A DNA stretch of 64,000 nucleotides from Callorhinchus milii (taxonomy: Eukaryota). This document shows, in pieces, positions 1-11,152 of the stretch. The DNA lies in NCBI RefSeq assembly GCF_018977255.1, contig NW_024704771.1, positions 2,232,001 through 2,296,000 of the forward strand, in the 5' to 3' direction. Position 1 is the first letter of the stretch, and every line of letters begins with the position of its first letter. The translations under genes were made by a program, and so were the position numbers. Under the pieces are notes generated by a model, which saw nothing but the letters and a program-made list of their open reading frames with translations, was not told the DNA's origin and ran no database searches.

Positions 1-3000
1 CCAACTCTCACACTGATCAGGTCGTCAGACAGGATGAGCTGAGGATGGGCTGTGTCAGGATCCAGAGTGACTGTAACTAGAGTGAGAATCAGAACATTAC
101 TCAGAACAGTGAACCACACTTACAGCTATAAATAAAATAATCTTTAGCATCACACATTACACACTGTGTAATACATCAACATCTCGTGGTAACAGAATCC
201 AGAAAAAAGGTTCACTGTATGTGTGTGTGTGTGTCAGGGGTGGGGGGTGATGTGAGGGTGTGTTTTGTGTGGGGGTGTAAGTGACGGTGTGTGTGTTGGA
301 GGGGGAGGAAAGCGAAGGCCGCGATGTGGAAATGTTGACATTTACATTTTGGAAAAGTAAACCAGTCCTGGCAGCACAAACCTGTAAATTGTTCTTGTTC
401 ATGATTTTAGGATCTTGTATAACCATGGATTAGATTTCCCCGGTTGATGGATTGTGATGAACATGGACTACTTTTTCCAGTTTTCCCATCTCTCTGGAGA
501 AAAATTATATTCCTGCACTTTGCATTTGTTGCTCTGAACATTTCCTCAAATCACAAAGGCAGAGTCTGCCTATTTTCCTCTCACCTTCTGATTGAATTTT
601 CTGATATTTCCACTGACCTGTTTTCCACCCAAGAGTCTTATTTGAAAAATTATAATATATTTAACTCTGCAAGACTTTTATAATAATAATCCTTGTGTTT
701 GATACAGTGCTTATCACATCATCAAACCAGAATATACTCTAAAGTGAATTGACTGTGTGATTTATGGGAGAAACATGGCATCCAGTTTGCACTCAGAAGC
801 GTTGCACCAACAGTCCTGGGGTGAGGGATCAATTTTATTTGGGGGATTTGTTGACCAGGGGAAACTCCCTTCTCTTGTCGAGTTCTGCCACGGGATCTTT
901 AATGGCCACCAGAACAGGCAGACAGGACCTCGGTTTAACATCGCATCTGAAGGACACCTCTGTCAATACAACACACCCCCAGCACTGAATTGGAGCATCA
1001 GCTTAGACGATGTGATTCCAAGATCCGATGTGAGATTCTGACTCAGAGGCGAGAAAGCTCCCACTGAGCCCGGCTGACACATCTTTTATCCCTCCAGGAT
1101 GACTGTGTTCATTCTACATGTCACTGACCAATCCATATCTTATGGACCACTTTGTAACAGAGTGTAACCGATTGCAGGAGTTCCTTTCAGAGTGGACAGT
1201 CCCAGTGTTTGACAATGAACGTGGCAGGTTTATGGGAATATTGTGTTCCCAGGTTACTGAGACTCTTACCTGCGTAGGGGGTGAACTTTCTCCGCTCTGG
1301 AAACAAGAAGAAAGGAGAATTAATCAGTTTCACAGCTGCCGCACACGCAGATGAGGAGTATGTTCATGTTTGAAGTCAATGTACATGAGTGAGTCCATGG
1401 AAAGCCACTGCCCCTCACACTGAGAGCTGCCGCTGTGTTCAGCCAATTCACACCAGCCACAGATTATAATGTGTGAGATGCTGATAACTTAATTAGAGTT
1501 TTCTCTATATATTAATTATAATCATTGTAATAATTCTTGCATTTGATATAGAGCTTTACCACGTCATTGAGATGTCTCAAAGCGCATCACAGGATTTACT
1601 GCTAAGTGAATTGACTGTATTTTGTGAGCGAAACACAGCAGTCAATTGTGCACAGCAGTGTCACACAAACAGACATGGATTGAGTGACCCAAATTATTAT
1701 TTTAAAAATAATAATAATAATAATCCTTGCATTTGATATAGTGCTTTTCACGTCTGGAGGACTTCCCAAAGCGCCTCACAGAATACACTGTAAAGTGAAT
1801 TGATTGTATATTTGTGGGCGAACGCGGCAGCCAATTGCGCACAGCAGTGTCCCACACACAGTCATGGATTGAAAATGACCAATTTATTATTGTTTTGTTT
1901 TTTTGGAGGGATTATTATTAGGCTCTGTGTGGATTAAGGGAATTTAACCAAGGTTTCGCCCTCTGCCTGGGATTGAACTCAGGTCTCTCACTTGCAAAGC
2001 GACTGCTCTAAATTTTGCTTTTAAAGAGATTATTACACCTGGAAAAGTGAAGATTAATTGACAAACAGCCAGGTTCCCACTTATTGCTGTGTAAACAGAG
2101 GCACGTGGAGTAAGGAAACTGGCCTTAGGTTTTTCCCTGTTTAGGAATCAAACCCGTGACCTCTCGCTTGTGAGGCGAATGCTCTAAACACTGAGCTACA
2201 GGACTCCATAATTCAAAAGATTAGCCAAATCAGCAAGGCCATAATAATGTGCTTGATAGTATTTACTATAAATAATAATATATATCGTAATGTACTTTAT
2301 GCTTTATTTTTTTCTAGTAGGTCTGAAATTAAGTTATTTCTGGTTAAGTTTGTAATACATTGGAATTAATTTGGTAGTTTTGATTTACTTTTTCTCAGCT
2401 TTCAGTGATCAGAAACCCTCCACATGAGGTGATATCACTGGTATATTTCCTTTATAATTTACTTCAGAAATGTTCAAGATCTGAAACCATTTATCAATAA
2501 AAATCTGAATTTAATTCAGTTTCCACACTCCACACGCCTAATAATAATCCCTCAAGAAAAAAAACAATAATAAATTGGTCACTTCAATTTGGTTGCTGCT
2601 TTTTGCCCATAAATATACAGAATACACTTTGCAGTATATTCTGTGAAGCACTTTGAGACGTCTAGAAGATGCGAAAAGCATTATATTAAATGTAAGGCTT
2701 ATGGTCATTATTATTATTATTATTACTGTGATAAAGGACTTGTGAGGCCTGAAAAGTGAAGCTGTTTATAAAATTTGACCAGGATTTTGTGGAACATTTT
2801 CCAACAAGGAAGGAGGCAGCCCGAGCACTAACTCTCGGCAATGACGGTTGGTAAGAAAGCTGTGTAAGAGAAGGGGAAGTGTACCAATTAATAACCATAA
2901 CATAACTCGAATTGATATAGAATATATAGAATATATAGAAATATAGACTGTATCTTACAGCACAGAAGGAGGGCATTCGGCCCATCGTACCCGTGACATG

Positions 3001-3967
3001 TTTTTGAAATAACTACCAATTAGTCCCATTCTCCTGCTCTTACCCCATAGCTCTGCACATTATTGCTTTCAAAGTAAATCTATCTTTTTGGTTCATGCAC
3101 TACCTTCATCTCAGTCGATTATTAGTATCTCAGGATAAATATTGGGGTTTGTTAACATTTATCTCTCAGTCACGAAGATTGTGTGAAACACATTTTATGC
3201 AACTATTTGGTGTTGAGGTGATCTAATGTCAATGAGATTTCATCACAACAGAGATTGTTGTATAATTTTGCTTACCCAGTCTTTTCTGAAGGTCTGTTGA
3301 ATAAAAAATTGAAATTGTTAGTATAGACACATTGTTACTACATTGACAAACTGATTATGTATAGTCGTGTAGCTCAGTGGTTAGAGCACTCGCCTCACAA
3401 GCGAGAGACCTGGGTTCGATTCCCGGTAGTGCGACATGTTGGGCAAGTTTCCTTACTCCACATGCCTCTGTTTACCCAGCAGTACATAGAGACTGGTTGT
3501 TAGTGGATTGGTGTATGGCTTTTCCGGGAGTAATAATTCCTTCCAAAAACTATTAATAATTTGATCACTCAATCCACGACTTTGTTGGCCACTACTGAGC
3601 GCAATTGGCTGCAGTGTTTTGCCCACAAAATATACAGTCAAATAAATTTGCAGTATATTCTATGAGGTGCGTTGTGACCTCTCGCAGATGTGAGAAGGCG
3701 CTATATCAAATGCAAGGATTATTATTATGATGAATACAGTTTTATGTTGAGGGATAATCTACAGGGTGTTTAGCAACCCCAGGTTTTCTTTCTTAAAATG
3801 ATTTTTTATTTTCTAAGCCTACAGAGGAGGTGAAACAAGCTATCAGATATACATATCAACTTGTTACTCCATCATGGTACAGAAGATGTTGCACCAACCT
3901 TGGCAACGGATCATTATCTGCCATGAAAATGGTGGAGCTCATTCACTCTCACCGATCCTCTGGACGT
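1..3967 (-). CDS. 3' half of a butyrophilin-like gene (copy A'): microexons 3947-3967 (21 nt), 3276-3293 (18 nt), 1270-1296 (27 nt) and start of the B30.2 exon (1-76, runs off the window)
   Basis: Near-identical to 17535-21500. All exons are AG/GT-bounded and phase 1, reading (D)[40 protein letters not shown]. No TM, IgV or leader exon is visible upstream (N gaps at 4204-5057). Confidence 0.8.
720..1080 (-). mobile_element. tRNA-derived SINE, family 2 (resembles the shark SacSINE1/DeuSINE type)
   Basis: The minus strand reads GGCTCAGTGGGAGCTTTCTCGCCTCTGAGTCAGAA...GTTAAACCGAGGTCCTGTCTGCC. Paralogues at ~18250-18610, 23588-23770 (+) and 33400-34610 (split by a CR1). The family name is from recall, not a search. 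Confidence 0.6.
1711..2010 (-). mobile_element. tRNA-derived SINE, family 1 ((TAA)n tail)
   Basis: Same body and (TTA)n tail as the full copy at 49475-49795; head partly truncated. Confidence 0.8.
3363..3730 (+). mobile_element. tRNA-derived SINE, family 1
   Basis: A box TAGCTCAGTGG and B box GGTTCGATTCC, followed by the family body and an (ATT)n tail. Confidence 0.85.
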
Positions 3968-5057
3968 CTAAATACAGTTAAACCTCAGCCTCGCCTCCTT
4001 GCTTGCTTCCTTTAAGACCCATGTTAAGAATCTCCTCTTCGACCCTGCTTTCAATCACCCTGATTCCCCATGCCATACACCCTCCCCAATCCCAACCCGC
4101 AGCTTGGGTCCAAAACTCTGACTGTCTAATGCCTTGGGACGTTATCAAGCTACCGGCCCATCTCCAACCTCCCCTTTCTCTCCAAGGTCCTGGAAAGAGT
4201 TGTNNNNNNNNNNNNNNNNNNNNNNNNNNNNNNNNNNNNNNNNNNNNNNNNNNNNNNNNNNNNNNNNNNNNNNNNNNNNNNNNNNNNNNNNNNNNNNNNN
4301 NNNNNNNNNNNNNNNNNNNNNNNNNNNNNNNNNNNNNNNNNNNNNNNNNNNNNNNNNNNNNNNNNNNNNNNNNNNNNNNNNNNNNNNNNNNNNNNNNNNN
4401 NNNNNNNNNNNNNNNNNNNNNNNNNNNNNNNNNNNNNNNNNNNNNNNNNNNNNNNNNNNNNNNNNNNNNNNNNNNNNNNNNNNNNNNNNNNNNNNNNNNN
4501 NNCACACACTCACACTCACATTACNNNNNNNNNNNNNNNNNNNNNNNNNNNNNNNNNNNNNNNNNNNNNNNNNNNNNNNNNNNNNNNNNNNNNNNNNNNN
4601 NNNNNNNNNNNNNNNNNNNNNNNNNNNNNNNNNNNNNNNNNNNNNNNNNNNNNNNNNNNNNNNNNNNNNNNNNNNNNNNNNNNNNNNNNNNNNNNNNNNN
4701 NNNNNNNNNNNNNNNNNNNNNNNNNNNNNNNNNNNNNNNNNNNNNNNNNNNNNNNNNNNNNNNNNNNNNNNNNNNNNNNNNNNNNNNNNNNNNNNNNNNN
4801 NNNNNNNNNNNNNNNNNNNNNNNNNNNNNNNNNNNNNNNNNNNNNNNNNNNNNNNNNNNNNNNNNNNNNNNNNNNNNNNNNNNNNNNNNNNNNNNNNNNN
4901 NNNNNNNNNNNNNNNNNNNNNNNNNNNNNNNNNNNNNNNNNNNNNNNNNNNNNNNNNNNNNNNNNNNNNNNNNNNNNNNNNNNNNNNNNNNNNNNNNNNN
5001 NNNNNNNNNNNNNNNNNNNNNNNNNNNNNNNNNNNNNNNNNNNNNNNNNNNNNNNNC

Positions 5058-5305
5058 ATAAACATAGACACACTCACACACAGATATACACAGACACACA
5101 CACTCAGACACACACACACTCACATTACACAGTCACTCACATTACACTCACACATACATCACACATCACACACACACTCAGACACACACTCACACACAGA
5201 AACACACAGATACACACAGACACACTTACTCAGACACACACACACTCACATTACACACAGTCACACTCACACACTCACATGACACACTCACATTACACTC
5301 ACAGA
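5058..5305. repeat. (CA)n-rich microsatellite / low complexity
   Basis: CACACACTCA-type repeats next to an N gap. Confidence 0.9.
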
Positions 5306-5399
5306 CACAGTGTTGCTGACACTGACCAGAAGCAACGGGAGCAATGGCGGTGCTCAGGAGCCACAATGCACTGCGCGGTGAAAGCGCCCTATCTCTGTG

Positions 5400-5900
5400 A
5401 TGGTGGCGGTGTCTCACTGACAGTGCGGAGCGGCTGCAGCGCCACCTGTTGGTGCCACAGCGTCACCGCAGCATATAACCACACAGCGCGCGGGGCAGCG
5501 CCACCCGTTGGTGACACAGCGTCACCGCGGCATATAACCGCACACAATGGCGGCCGCGGTACTCGGGTAACGTTGGACACCGGTTAATTCGGACAACAGG
5601 CGCCGGGTCCCGGTTGGTTTGGGCCTTGAACCGGTTTCCATCCGACGGCTGTCAATCAGCGAAGGGGGCGGGAGGAACGGGACCGAGAGGAGGGCGGGGC
5701 CGGAGAGGGGCGGAGTCACCACCGCACATTGATTGACAGCGGCTCCGGGCGGCCAATCAGCAGCCAGAGCGGGGGGGGGGGGGGGGGGGGGCATTGACCG
5801 CTTCCGGCGGACGGGAAGGAATCCGTCATTTCCCCCAAAACTTCCCGGAAATCAACACGTTACCGTTTATCATCATCTCCTCCCCTCCGCCCTGAGCGCT
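5400..5900. promoter_or_regulatory. CpG-island promoter, likely driving the Tigger-derived gene and possibly bidirectional
   Basis: High CpG density; GC boxes (~5690-5717); CCAAT (GGCCAATCAG ~5751-5760); ETS-like CTTCCGG (~5801); YY1-like ATGGCGGC (~5547); two CTCF-like motifs at 5438-5452 and 5497-5511. Confidence 0.75.
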
Positions 5901-5919
5901 CGCTCTCCTCCTCCATCTC

Positions 5920-7160
5920 TCCGACTCTCACTCCCTCTCTCACTCCCTCTCTCACTCCCTCTCTCACCCTCTCTCCTCCCTCTCTCTCACTCCCTCTCAC
6001 TCCCTCTCTCACTCCCTCTCTCTCACTCCCTCTCTCTCACTCCCTCTCTCTCACTCCCTCTCTCGCTCCTCTCTCACTCCCTCTCTCACTCCCTCTCTCA
6101 CTCCCTCTCTNNNNNNNNNNNNNNNNNNNNNNNNNNNNNNNNNNNNNNNNNNNNNNNNNNNNNNNNNNNNNNNNNNNNNNNNNNNNNNNNNNNNNNNNNN
6201 NNNNNNNNNNNNNNNNNNNNNNNNNNNNNNNNNNNNNNNNNNNNNNNNNNNNNNNNNNNNNNNNNNNNNNNNNNNNNNNNNNNNNNNNNNNNNNNNNNNN
6301 NNNNNNNNNNNNNNNNNNNNNNNNNNNNNNNNNNNNNNNNNNNNNNNNNNNNNCTCCCTCTCTCACTCCCTCTCTCTCACTCCCTCTCTCACTCCTCTCT
6401 CTCACTCCCTCTCTCACTCCCTCTCTCACTCCCTCTCTCTCTCGCTCTTGCTCCCTGACCGCTCGCTCTCCGTCTCCATCTCTCCGACTCTCTTCCCCCT
6501 CCCTCTCCCTCTCTCTTGCTCTTTCTCGCTCTCTCTTTCTCACTCCCTCTCCCTCTCTCTCGCTCCCTCGCTCCCTGACCGCTCGCTCTCCTTCTCCATC
6601 TCTCCGACTCTCACTCCCTCTCTCACTCCCTCTCTCTCACTCCATCTCTCTCACTNNNNNNNNNNNNNNNNNNNNNNNNNNNNNNNNNNNNNNNNNNNNN
6701 NNNNNNNNNNNNNNNNNNNNNNNNNNNNNNNNNNNNNNNNNNNNNNNNNNNNNNNNNNNNNNNNNNNNNNNNNNNNNNNNNNNNNNNNNNNNNNNNNCTC
6801 CCTGACCGCTCACTCTCCTTCTCCATCTCTCCGACTTTCTTTCGCTCTCTCACTCCCTTTCTCTCTCTCTCGCTCTCGCTTCCTCGCTCCCTGACCGCTC
6901 GCTCTCCTTTTCCATCTCTCCGACTCTCTTTGTCTCCGACTCTCTCTCACTCCCTCTCTCGCTCTCTCACTCGCTCTCTCTCGCTCTCACTCCCTCTCTC
7001 TCTCTCTCTCTCTCTCACCCTCTCTCTCACTGTCTCCCTCGCTCTGACTCCCTTTCTCTCACTCAGTCTCTCTCTCACTCCCTCTCTCTCTCACTCCCTC
7101 TCACGCTCTCACTCCCTCGCTCTGACTCTCTTTTCTCCCTCTCACTCCCTCTCTCTCACT
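5920..7160. repeat. (CT)n/(CTCACTCCCT)n polypyrimidine low-complexity tract, containing two N gaps
   Basis: Direct reading; it produces only Ser/Leu or Arg/Glu artefact ORFs. Confidence 0.95.
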
Positions 7161-8191
7161 TCACCCAGTTGTGCGTCGCTTTTCCGGGTGTAATAATCCG
7201 TACAATAATAATAATAGTAATTTGTTTACTTCAATCCATGACTGTTTGTCGGGACGCTGCTGCTGTGCACAATCGGCTGTCGCACTTCGCTCACAAAGTA
7301 TACAGTCAAAGTATACGCTTTAGAGTATGTCCTGTGAAGCGCTTCGAGACGTCGTGACTATGTGGTAAGTCACTATACCAAACGCATGGATAATTATTAC
7401 GTTTCGCCCACAAAATGCACAGTCAATTCACTTTACACAAAATTGGGTGAAGCCCTTTGGGACGTCTGAAAGATGTGATGAGGCACTATATCAAATGCAA
7501 GAATTATTATTACATTCAATTCTTGTCTCCTATCGCCCTCTTCGCCTGATCTCTCTCCTGAGCCCCTCCACAGCCTGAGCATCCTCCACCAGGCTCACCG
7601 CAACACTTGGCAATGGTTGTCCCAGAGCCGCCACCCCAACTGCCCCATGGTCAGCGCTCTCTGCAAGGCCTGCCTCCCCTGCCTCCGAATGGTAACCCCT
7701 CGCCTTCCCTCACTGCCCTCATGCACATCCTTCCCAACTGAATAAAATAAATAATAATTTGGTCACTCAATCCACGAGTGTCTGTGGGTCACTGCTGTAC
7801 GCAATTAGCTGCCATCCTCCGCCCACAAACTACACAGTCAATTCACTTCACAGTTTATTCTGTGAACCCCTTTGAAATACCTCAAAGATGTGATAAGGTC
7901 TCAAAGATGTGATATATCAAATTCAAGGAATATTATTATTATTTCTTACCCCTCATACTTGATAGTCATTTTCCCCGAAACCCTCTCCCACCAGCTCCCC
8001 AATTCGCATCACCCTCCAAAATGTTGGCTCCTTCTCTAACAAAGCTTTCACTATCCACCGCCTTCACCTGCCTGTCAAGTGCTTTGAGATGTCTCAACGC
8101 TGTGATCGGGCGCTGTATCAAATATACGGATTATTATCTTTCATCATTAATTCATGTCATCCTCTCACACAGCGCGAGATAAAAAGCCGCA

Positions 8192-9723
8192 ATGTCGAAG
8201 AAAATGTCTCGGACGCTCTTGGAGAAGATAGAAGTGTTAGACAGAGTCAAGATGGAGCCGCGAGGAACTCCGCTACGAGAACTGGCCAGAAGACTCGGGG
8301 TCAAGAAGTCGACCCTGGGCGACATCATCGCCAGTGAGATGAAGCTGCGCCACACAGCGTCCTCCTTAGCCGAGGGCGATGTTGGTCTGCGTAAGAAGAG
8401 GGATCGCAAAGGCAAAGATCCCCAGGTGGAGCACGCTCTCCTTCTGTGGTTCCAAAGGGCGTCCACTGAGGGGCAGCTGCTCAATGGGCCCATCCTCAAA
8501 GCCAAAGCAGAGAGCCTGGCACGTGACCTCGGGAAGCCGGGCTTCACGGTGACTGACGGCTGGTTTAGCCGCTGGAAGGCACGTAACAACATCGTGTACA
8601 GACTGCTTCCCGGAGAGCTGAAGACCGCTGCCGTAGAGGGCGCTGACACCAGCAGCGCGCTGCTCTCTTCCTACGCCGCCGATGACATCTACAACGCAGA
8701 GGAAACGGGACTGTACTACCGTGCGGCGCCCGACGGCTCATTGTATTTCCACCGAACGGTGCTGAGCGGTGTGAAGAGGGCGATGGACAGCATCGCGCTG
8801 ATGGTCTGCGCCAACATGACCGGCAGCGACCGGCGCAAACTGCTGGTCATCGGGAAGAGCCAGTGCCCTCGCTGTATGAAGGGAGTCGACCTCACTGTTC
8901 TGCCCGTCATCTATAAGGCCAATAAGATGGCGTGGATGACGAGAGGGATCTTTAAGGATTGGCTGATGCAGTGGGACACAGAGCTGGTCGAGCAGGGGCG
9001 TAAGATTCTTGTTTTCATGGACAGCGCACCATGTCACCTGCCCATTCCAACCCTAGAGAACATCTGCCTGGAGCTGATTCCCCGGACACCACTCTGATCC
9101 AGCCCATGGGTCAAGGAGTCATCCGAAACCTGAAGCTCTCCTACCGCGAGGAGCTACGAAAGCGCCTCCTGGACGCCATCGAAGGCAACGTGATCAGTCC
9201 CCACGCCACGGTGGGAGAGGTGGTGAGACACATCAGCCTACTGGATGCCATCGGTATGGTTGCCAGGGCCTGGGAGAGCATGAAGCCTAAGATGATATCC
9301 GACTGCTTCGCAAAGGCCGGGTTTGTGACTGGTGACGCTGCTCCCTGCACTGAGGCTGAGGGGAGGACAAGTGCAGAGGCCGAGGGCGAGAGGCAGATCA
9401 CTGACCAGTTCCTGGACATTGACGCTGATCTACTCTGCCGTGATCCCCAGGACCACGAGGCCATCGTGACTGAAGCTGTGGCCGCCGAGCGCTTGCTAGT
9501 CGAGAACGACAGTGACAGCGACTCTGAGGAGAACGAGGCCCCGTCTGTGACGGCCGGCACAGCTCTGACCGGCCTGCGAGAGGCAGAAAGCTTCTTACTA
9601 AAGAGCGGACTCTACGGCAAGTGTTCGAACGCACTTCACGACATTGTTGCGAGCATCAGAGAGAGACGCCACACTGATCTGGTGCAGTCTGACTTGAGAG
9701 AAGTTTTCAATAAAAAAGTTTAA
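8192..9723 (+). CDS. Tigger transposable element-derived protein (TIGD4/TIGD6-like, CENP-B HTH + DDE_1), ~510 aa, one apparent 1-nt deletion at 9080-9083
   Basis: ORFs 8192..9097 and 9031..9723 join into one pogo-family protein: N-terminal HTH (LEKIEVLDRV...RELARRLGVKKSTLGDI), CENPB HTH (VEHALLLWF...NGPILKAKA...GWFSRWKARNNI) and DDE region (DDIYNAEETGLYY, LVFMDSAPCH, LIQPMGQGVIRNLKLSYR). A plausible splice acceptor (CCTCTCACACAG, 8161-8172) precedes the ATG. Confidence 0.9.
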
Positions 9724-11152
9724 ATTTCTGTAAATTTTACTCCCTTTTTCTGGAAATATTGCTTATAAAGGGACAATTGCCATGTTTTCCTTGTGAATGA
9801 TACTGAGCTTTCTGTTCAGGCCTTTACATACCAGTAATTGGTATCAGCGCCTTGGGATGTCCTCCTGATCAAACCGGGTGAGATTTGAAACCAGTTAAAT
9901 TCAGACGCCGATTAATTCGGACAAAACGCCCGACCCTGGCGTGTACGTCTTAAATGGCTTCCACTGTATAAGCCCAGGTTCACTGTCATTTTAAGTCTCA
10001 CCGTATGACTGTGTTCCTCAAATCGCTCAACAACATCCATCAGGAGACGTGAGGAAAAGGTGACTGAGAAGTGAGAGCTCCAGCATCCGAGGCAGTCTGA
10101 CACACTGCGACACACACACACAAATATCTCTGGTATAAACTGTTTAATAAAATGATATTCACAATCCCACTGCTGACACATTGACATACATTCACAACAG
10201 ATCATTGGAGCAAAACAAACATCAAACAATCTTACAGCACAGAAGCAGTCGATTCGGCCCATCGAGCCTATGCCAACTCTTTGAATGAGTTCCCAAGTAG
10301 TCCCTCTCTCCTTTCTTACACCGGCAATTATTTGCTTTTTAAGTACAAGAGTGAAATCCCAAATCAGTTCTAAATTGACTTCTTACAACATTATAGAATA
10401 TCCAGACTTTGACAAACTTGACGACAATCTCAATTTGACAATGGGTTTTCTGGAACGAGAATTCACAGAAAGTACAGCTGCAAAATTAAGGTTTTAGGTG
10501 TTTTTAAGAATTAGCCAAATTCCGTAATGCTCTGAAATGTGATGTAGATAGAGAAAGCCCAAGTAATACAGTTTTTACAGCAGTCACTAAACTTCACAGT
10601 GAAATCCCGTGTAGCGCCTTGAAATAATAATAATAATAATCCTTGCATTTGATATAGCGCTTTTCACGTCGGGAGGACGTCCCAAAGCGCTTCACAGAAC
10701 ACACTGTAAAGTGAATTGCAATGTCCTCGAGACGTGAAAGCCTCAATTGTGACAATAATAATCCTTCCATTTGATATAGCTCCTTATCACATGGTTGAGT
10801 CATGTCAAAGTGCTTCACAGAATATCCTGTAAAGCGCTGTGACTATTTTCTGGGTGAAATGCAGCATCAATTGTACACAGCAACATCCCACAAACAGTGC
10901 TGGATTGAGTATCAAATGCAAGGAATATTATATTCCACGAAAACGTCAAGTAAAGTCCTCCCATATTTACAGAAACCTGCCCTGCTGCAGTGTGTACAGA
11001 TATCTGGCATGAAGCTGTATATAGATATGTGTGGCTGTCTACAAACTTATCATTTAAACATATATATATATATATATAAACCAAGTGTCCGAAGGTGGGA
11101 AAGATTATCATCTGAGCATGTGCCAAAGTGGCAGGAAGTTCATCGGCGACGT

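Larger units (their letters stand above)
1..4203. repeat. Segmental duplication of 17535-~21735 (offset ~17.53 kb)
   Basis: Base-for-base match with only scattered substitutions and indels; identical ORF translations in both copies (157..426 vs 17691..17960, 2686..2985 vs 20219..20518). Confidence 0.97.

Noticed and set aside
3370-3435. tRNA-like cloverleaf sequences (also 20900, 36090, 49730)
   Set aside because: They are SINE heads continuous with the SINE body, not tRNA genes.
5306-5333. RSS-like CACAGTG + 12 nt + ACCAGAAGC
   Set aside because: The nonamer matches only 6/9, CA-rich context makes heptamers common, and there is no V/D/J segment nearby.
5226-5417. Minus-strand signal-peptide-like stretch (ALSPRSALWLLSTAIAPVAS) ending at a phase-1 G|GTCAGT donor
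   Set aside because: Starts at GTG; the only in-frame ATG (5474) is followed by TGA three codons later, so there is no supportable start codon.
3978-7193. Long ORFs in the track (up to 382 aa) over 4-7 kb
   Set aside because: Composed of N gaps and (CA)n/(CT)n repeats; no coding signal.
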